A DNA stretch of 12,216 nt from Octopus sinensis (Eukaryota): positions 1-12,216 of the forward strand of contig NW_021826668.1 in NCBI RefSeq assembly GCF_006345805.1, written 5' to 3'. The notes under the pieces were generated by a model, which saw only the letters and a program-made list of their open reading frames with translations, had not been told where the DNA came from and ran no database searches. Position 1 is the first letter of the stretch. Each line of letters opens with the position of its first letter. The position numbers and the translations under genes were made by a program. Shown one piece after another: positions 7,536-12,216 of the stretch.

Positions 7536-7783
7536 CAGATAAAATATATGTTAATTAATTTTTATTTAAATTAATTTGTTAATAAATTTTTTATTTGTTT
7601 AATAATTTTCTAAATTAATTCTATTTTTCTGAAAATTTAAAAATTTCTTTTTTAATATTTTTTTATATTTGACGGATTGGTATTAGCATATAATTCTGAT
7701 TTTTACACGATCAGAGAAGTTGAATAAATTTTTGACCTCATTAATTTATTTTATGTAAATATTGACGTTTTAAACTTTGATAA

Positions 7784-8319
7784 CTTCCATTTTGGTCAAA
7801 GAAGTTACTTGATCCGGAATCGATAAAGAAGAAACTGGAAATGACTCACACTAAGGGAAATCGTGTAAATGAAGTACAAATGTCTGGCATAAAGGCCACT
7901 TGGTCGGGGAAGTTACTTGATCCAGAATCTGCCACGCATGCTGGTATCAGCACACAGAAGGGAACTCATCTAATTGACCACAAATCCCCAAAGAAATACG
8001 ATATTAGTGTTCAAACTGACGACATTGTCAAAAACGGATCGAATCCGGAACTCAGACTGCTTCATTAACACGGGAATTTAAACGGACCCATGCCCAGAAC
8101 AAACCCGCCGCCCCGAAGACGAGAGCAGTGAAGAAAACTGCGGTAGCAAATTCTGGAGTTCAGCTGCCAAGTCCCGAAGCCCGGCTGGAGGACGATGGGA
8201 CGCCTCTAGAGCCGGCTGAAATGGGTAGCAAACGGAAAGCAGGCAGACCCCCTTTACCGAAAAAGGTGGCGCTCCCACGGGAGGTCAGCCACCCATGTCG
8301 GAAGGATGCCTCGTTCTGA
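7784..8319 (+). pseudogene. Probable LINE ORF1 remnant
   Basis: A higher-GC coding-like stretch directly upstream of the APE domain, with a duplicated peptide WS(K/G)KLLDPES and a basic patch SKRKAGRPPLPKK. The assignment rests on position only; I recognised no domain. Confidence 0.45.
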
Positions 8320-10057
8320 CAATTCTAAATGCCCGCTCACTCACGAGACGGGTAACGGAGCTGAGGTTTCTGCTAGCCTCAGCGAAAACGGACGTATTGA
8401 TTGTCAACGAGACAACTGAAGGGACCAAATAAAATTGAATTTGAAGGCTAAAAATCCCTTAATATCCCATGGAAAACTGACGCAGTAGCAGGAACCTCTG
8501 TCTTCTATAATGAAAGTATGAGAGTCAAAAACCGGTGACCTGAACGCAAAAAATGTTGTCTATAGGTGTGAAGCAACCAATACGGACGGAGAGGGTACTT
8601 GAGAGTTTGTCTCAAACTCTTTTTTCGATATGGACGTCCGAAGCTAAACCACTATCCGGATAGAGGCAGACCGGATCGCCTTGAATTTTTCTCTCCTCGG
8701 CGTCTATTACTCCACTCTGTGATCGTCCGACAATCGAGGTAAATGTAGGAAGTGATCACATCCCGCAATCATTGAGACTAAGGACGAAAATAAATCTGAC
8801 AGAAGACGTGTTTATTGGATATACTCTGTCGAATGTGGATTGGCATCTATTTGAGTACTCTATGCGCTTGGCACTTAATACTACCGTGCTCCGTCCTCTT
8901 CGGACCATGGAGGATATAGACGACCTCGAGAATCGCACGATGAGGTGTTCCAACGTGGGAGTCAGAAATCAGTTAAAAGTTGAAATCGACCACCTCAAGA
9001 CGATGATAGTTGAAATTGGGAAAAAGAAAATAGAAAAATCATGGAGGAAGGAATGCCGAATGCTGGATAAGAGAAATCCAAAGTTTTGGAAGGCGTATCA
9101 GCGCCTGAACAACGCGGAAGGGAAAGGCGACAACATTGTGTTAAAGGGGCAAGTTGGAAAGTATATCCCCTTCGATCTTGTCCCGGATGAACTAAGAAGG
9201 CAGCTGGGTAGAACCCAAGAAGTCGAACCTGAATCAATTATTCCACAAAAGACCTTTGAGAAAGTCACTTCAAGGCTAGAATCTCTAAATCTTGTGAGTG
9301 GACCTCTATGCGAGGCTATTACCGAAAAAGAGACACAAGAAGTGATAGCAGGGCTGAAAAACAAGGCCCCTGGATTCGACTACATACCTGTGTTACTTCT
9401 TAAGAAAGCTCCGAGGATCCTCCTACGGGCTCTAACTATGCTTTTCGACGCTAGTTTTACCCTTGGTTATCTTCCGCCCACCTGGAAGTGCACAGTCGTT
9501 CGTATGATCCCGAAACCTGGGAAAACAAGTCTCCTAGCAGAAAACTACAGCCCTATAAGCCTGATCTGCGCTTTTTCGAAAATTATGGAGAAAATAATTT
9601 TGAAAGACTCTCATTACATGTTGAAAAGAATAATCTGCTTTCCGTTGTACAATGGGGTTTTCGTCCTGGGAAATCCACGGGAAACTGCTTGAAGGTTCTA
9701 GAAAGGGAACTTTCTTGGGCAATACGTAATAAATCTTGCACGACTGCTGTGTGCTTGGATTTGTCGAAGGCTTTTGACTGCGTCTGGCACCTGTGCAGGC
9801 TGTCGAAGCGGAGGAGCGAAAATGCTCGTGTCTTTGAAGTTGGGGACTTGAAACTTTCGCAGAACCTCCAATACCTTGGGGTTACAATAGATGCCAGAGG
9901 ATCCTATGGAAATCATATCGATACCCAAAGGAAGAGAGCCGTTAAAATCCTAGGAAGCCTGACCAGATTTCATCTCAAAGAAAAATTGGATAACTCATAT
10001 GAATCCTGCGTCCATAAAATACAGTCCGTCCTGGAGAAGGCGCGGTTGCTTTTTTAG
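8304..10057 (+). pseudogene. LINE ORF2 (apurinic endonuclease plus reverse transcriptase), degenerate
   Basis: APE motifs: LTILNARSL...DVLIVNET and HYPDRGRPDRLEFF...GSDHIP. RT motifs: KAPGFDYIP, WKCTVVRMIPKPGK...YSPISL, QWGFRPGKST and LDLSKAFDCVWH. It then jumps straight to ...QYLGVTID, so the GVPQG/YADD core is missing. Confidence 0.92.
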
Positions 10058-10364
10058 TGGACATCAGATATCAGGAAAATATGATGCTAGGTAGAGACAC
10101 TTCGGTGCCTCATTCTTTTTTAAAATTTCCCGTCGTCGGTAATGGCTAGTTTTTTCCTGTCTTCCTAACTAGTAAAATAAATAAATTGTATTGTAATGAA
10201 TATATACGTAAGAGTATGTTTGTTGCTTTTTAAACGTATATCTCTTTTAAAATTAAATTAATTTGTAATTAGTATTTTTATATTTTCTAGTATAATCATT
10301 TTAGATAAAATTAATGGAAGAAATTACAATTGAAAAGTTTGTCGGGACACAAATAAAACTTGTA

Positions 10365-11295
10365 CCAAGCCCTTTTTGAACTGTAATATGAAACAGAGCA
10401 TTGATAGTCGTAATTTTGGAAACATCTTGGCATCTTTGAGTTTCCAATTAAAACAGGATTTCGTGTGCATATGCGATGAGTAGTTATGTGATGGATCTCT
10501 CAAAAAGCAAAAATCTTTATTACCTGGGAGCAACCATCAACTGTCGTGGCTCGTACGCAGATCACATAGCAAATCAGAAAAAGAGGAGTGTGAGGATCCT
10601 CAAAAGCTTAACCAGGTTCCATCTGGATCCGGAAACGTACATCTACGTATAAAAAACGTGTGTGGAGCCAGTCCTCACATATGGCTACGAGGGCTGGTAC
10701 GGTACGGAGGAGAGTGACTACCTGATCGAACAGTTGGAAAAGACAAGACGTTTCGCTATGAAATTGGCTTACGGAGTACAACTTGACGGAAGGTTAAAAG
10801 ACTCACAAGAATCCTCTGTGCCCACGATCCGGATGGTCTTGGAGAATTGTCGTCAAACATGACTAGTATTGGGGATACGCATGGAAAGAGACACTTCGGT
10901 GCCTTGTTTTTATCTCCCCGCCGATGATTTCTTCCTTGTTTTTCTTTTTCATTTCGCTCAATAAACACTATTCTATTCTATTCTAAAACAGGATTTAATT
11001 TGTGATTATTTGCACACAACATTACAGATACCTGATCCTTAAAATTTTTATATCGTCCAAACTGAGTCTTGCAAATACTTTTAGGTGGAATTAGTTTGTA
11101 GAAAATCCTTGTTTTATCAAGGTTATAAATTTCATCGATAGTATAGGACTTGAATAAATTTTGAAATTCATTTAAAAATCTTTCGATGTCAACTTTTTTA
11201 TCAGTTTTCATCTGCACATGCAATTTTCTCAGACGGAATTCATGTCTTTTTTTAAACTTGAACAAGAATCCGGCAGAGTTCTTAAAATTATCGAG
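10365..11295 (-). pseudogene. Second, diverged pogo-like transposase fragment, interrupted by a LINE
   Basis: LDNFKNSAGFLFKFKKRHEF...IYNLDKTRIFYKLIP...YKNFKDQVSVMLCANNHKLNPVL runs from 11295 to 10984. It continues after the LINE as IGNSKMPRCFQNYDYQCSVSYYSSKRAW down to 10365. It is collinear with copy 1. Confidence 0.88.
10462..10983 (+). mobile_element. 5'-truncated LINE (522 bp), related to the 7784-10201 element
   Basis: 13-bp TSD TAAAACAGGATTT at 10449-10461 and 10984-10996. It encodes YLGATINCRGSYADHI...SLTRFHL...CVEPVLTYG, similar to YLGVTIDARGSYGNHI...SLTRFHL in LINE copy 1. AATAAA near 10961-10966 is followed by a (CTATT)3 tail at 10968-10982. Confidence 0.92.
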
Positions 11296-11304
11296 AGAAA
11301 GATC

Positions 11305-11545
11305 ATGGTGAATGAAAATCTCGAATAGACGTCAATCACAGTCAACAACCAAGAAAATTGATCAATTATTATTTTCAAACCTTGGGAATAACACAACTTT
11401 ATATCTTTTTAGGTCAATCAGATCAATCTGAAATCTCTCATTCGGTACATCTGCAAAAATATGACTTACGTCGTCATATTGTTTCAGCGGGACTTCAGAC
11501 TGGCATTCATCGCAGTCTCTTACCACATTATTTATGGCTAATAAA
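11305..11545 (-). pseudogene. Retroviral-type (rve) integrase fragment, Ginger/Gypsy-like
   Basis: VVRDCDECQ (CxxC of the zinc finger), then PNERFQIDLIDLKRY and, after a frameshift, DQFSWLLTVIDVYSRFSF. No LTR or TIR is visible, so the element class is unresolved. Confidence 0.8.
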
Positions 11546-11634
11546 TGACCCACAAGATTAGACATCAAATAAAATACAAATCAATAAAAGTTATTCTAAG
11601 TTTCGTTGGAAAATGTGTTCATAATCACGTTAGC

Positions 11635-11841
11635 TCAATAATTCTCGTCTCCTGGAATTTTTCTCCTCTTGGGAGAGCTTTCCACCAAGGCACCATCAGC
11701 ACTTTCATTCTCCGAACACAAGATTTTCCCGTTTGCTTCATCCGAAGGGTCCTCGCAAGATTGATTTGCCACTTCAGCCAAATGACTGGTTGCCGTAATG
11801 AATTCCTCTTGAGGCGTATGGATTCCATGCCTATGCTCCAC
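11635..11841 (-). other. Orphan coding-like 3' fragment (acidic, ends SSPKRRKIPGDENY*)
   Basis: An open 68-codon frame with a PKRRK NLS-like motif and TGA at 11635-11637, followed by an AT-rich stretch. It is fused abruptly to the RLE element. I do not recognise a family. Confidence 0.35.
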
Positions 11842-11842
11842 T

Positions 11843-12216
11843 CATAGATAAAGATATCTGGCTTATTGAACTGAACTTGTGTATCGGTCAATATTGGTGT
11901 ATCTACTCTTATCTCGACATTTCGAGTCGATAAACTAGACTGTACTGAATGAGACTTTAGTTTCCCAGTTTTCTTTATTCCAAACTGTCTGCATACGTGC
12001 AAATGGATGCATCTCACAACCTCATTGTGCCTTTTCACATAGTCACTGTTTAGCATTCTGTTGCACCGTGTAGCCATGTGGTCTACTGTCTTCTTAGCTT
12101 TTTTGCAATGATCACACTGCGCACCACGCGCAGAAGAAAAAAACAAATTTCTATCTTGCAAGAGGCAATACAAAGCTTCACTCCTTGGTGTATTGTTCCC
12201 TTTGTACAGCCACATT
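11843..12216 (-). mobile_element. C-terminal part of an RLE-type non-LTR retrotransposon ORF (R2/R4/NeSL/Hero-like), truncated within the endonuclease
   Basis: CCHC knuckle CDHCKKAKKTVDHMATRC, followed by RHNEVVRCIH and NKPDIFIY. Homology stops before the second catalytic acidic residue and lysine of the PD-(D/E)xK motif. The element continues beyond the window. Confidence 0.87.

Larger units (their letters stand above)
7784..10201 (+). mobile_element. Non-LTR retrotransposon (APE-RT LINE, Jockey/CR1-like group), 5'-truncated with internal deletions
   Basis: ORF1-like remnant, APE motifs, RT motifs, a 3' UTR hairpin, AATAAA near 10176-10185 and an (ATTGT)2 tail at 10185-10194. No TSD was found and both boundaries are approximate. 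Confidence 0.85.

Noticed and set aside
8078-9928. Several minus-strand ORFs of 62-88 aa
   Set aside because: They are antisense shadows of the higher-GC LINE coding sequence.
7760-10230. TSD for LINE copy 1
   Set aside because: I found no convincing direct repeat shared by the 5' junction region and the sequence after the tail.
10314-10364. ATG-initiated MEEITIEKFVGTQIKL on the plus strand after an AT-rich stretch
   Set aside because: It is too short to identify and runs directly into the antisense pogo fragment.
11625-11842. C-terminal WSIGMESIRL... of the 196-aa ORF as part of the RLE protein
   Set aside because: Endonuclease motifs stop at KPDIFIY. The remainder is an alternative frame of an unrelated fused fragment.
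1-12216. Assignment to Microsporidia, based on the AT content and the RLE element type
   Set aside because: Eight internal introns with variable GTAN donors in one non-ribosomal gene do not fit the intron-poor pattern of typical microsporidia. The taxon cannot be fixed from this window.
1-12216. tRNA, rRNA or prokaryotic operon/defence system
   Set aside because: No cloverleaf, rRNA-like segment, or bacterial gene organisation was seen.

Overview
AT-rich eukaryotic DNA read with the standard genetic code, almost entirely stacked and mostly broken transposable elements around one host gene. (1) 1-6352 is a nested stack. A minus-strand pogo/Tigger-like (DD30D) element is interrupted by an internally deleted Buster/SPIN-like hAT (4183-5148, 8-bp TSD) and by an IR/DR-type Tc1 (309-4072, TA TSD, DD34E). 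The Tc1 is itself split by a non-autonomous Helitron (1090-3255) that carries a ~95-bp tandem array and a PIF1 helicase C-terminus. Removing each insert rejoins the host reading frame. (2) 6534-7535 (minus strand) is a NOT2/CNOT2-like gene that the ORF track misses because eight GTA...AG micro-introns of 23-30 nt cut it up. (3) 7784-12216 is retroelement and transposon debris: a deleted APE-RT LINE, a second related 5'-truncated LINE inserted with a 13-bp TSD into a second pogo fragment, an integrase fragment and the C-terminus of an RLE-type non-LTR element. Most frameshifts are +/-1 changes in homopolymer runs, so part of the apparent decay may be sequencing error. Family assignments come from recalled motifs, not database searches.
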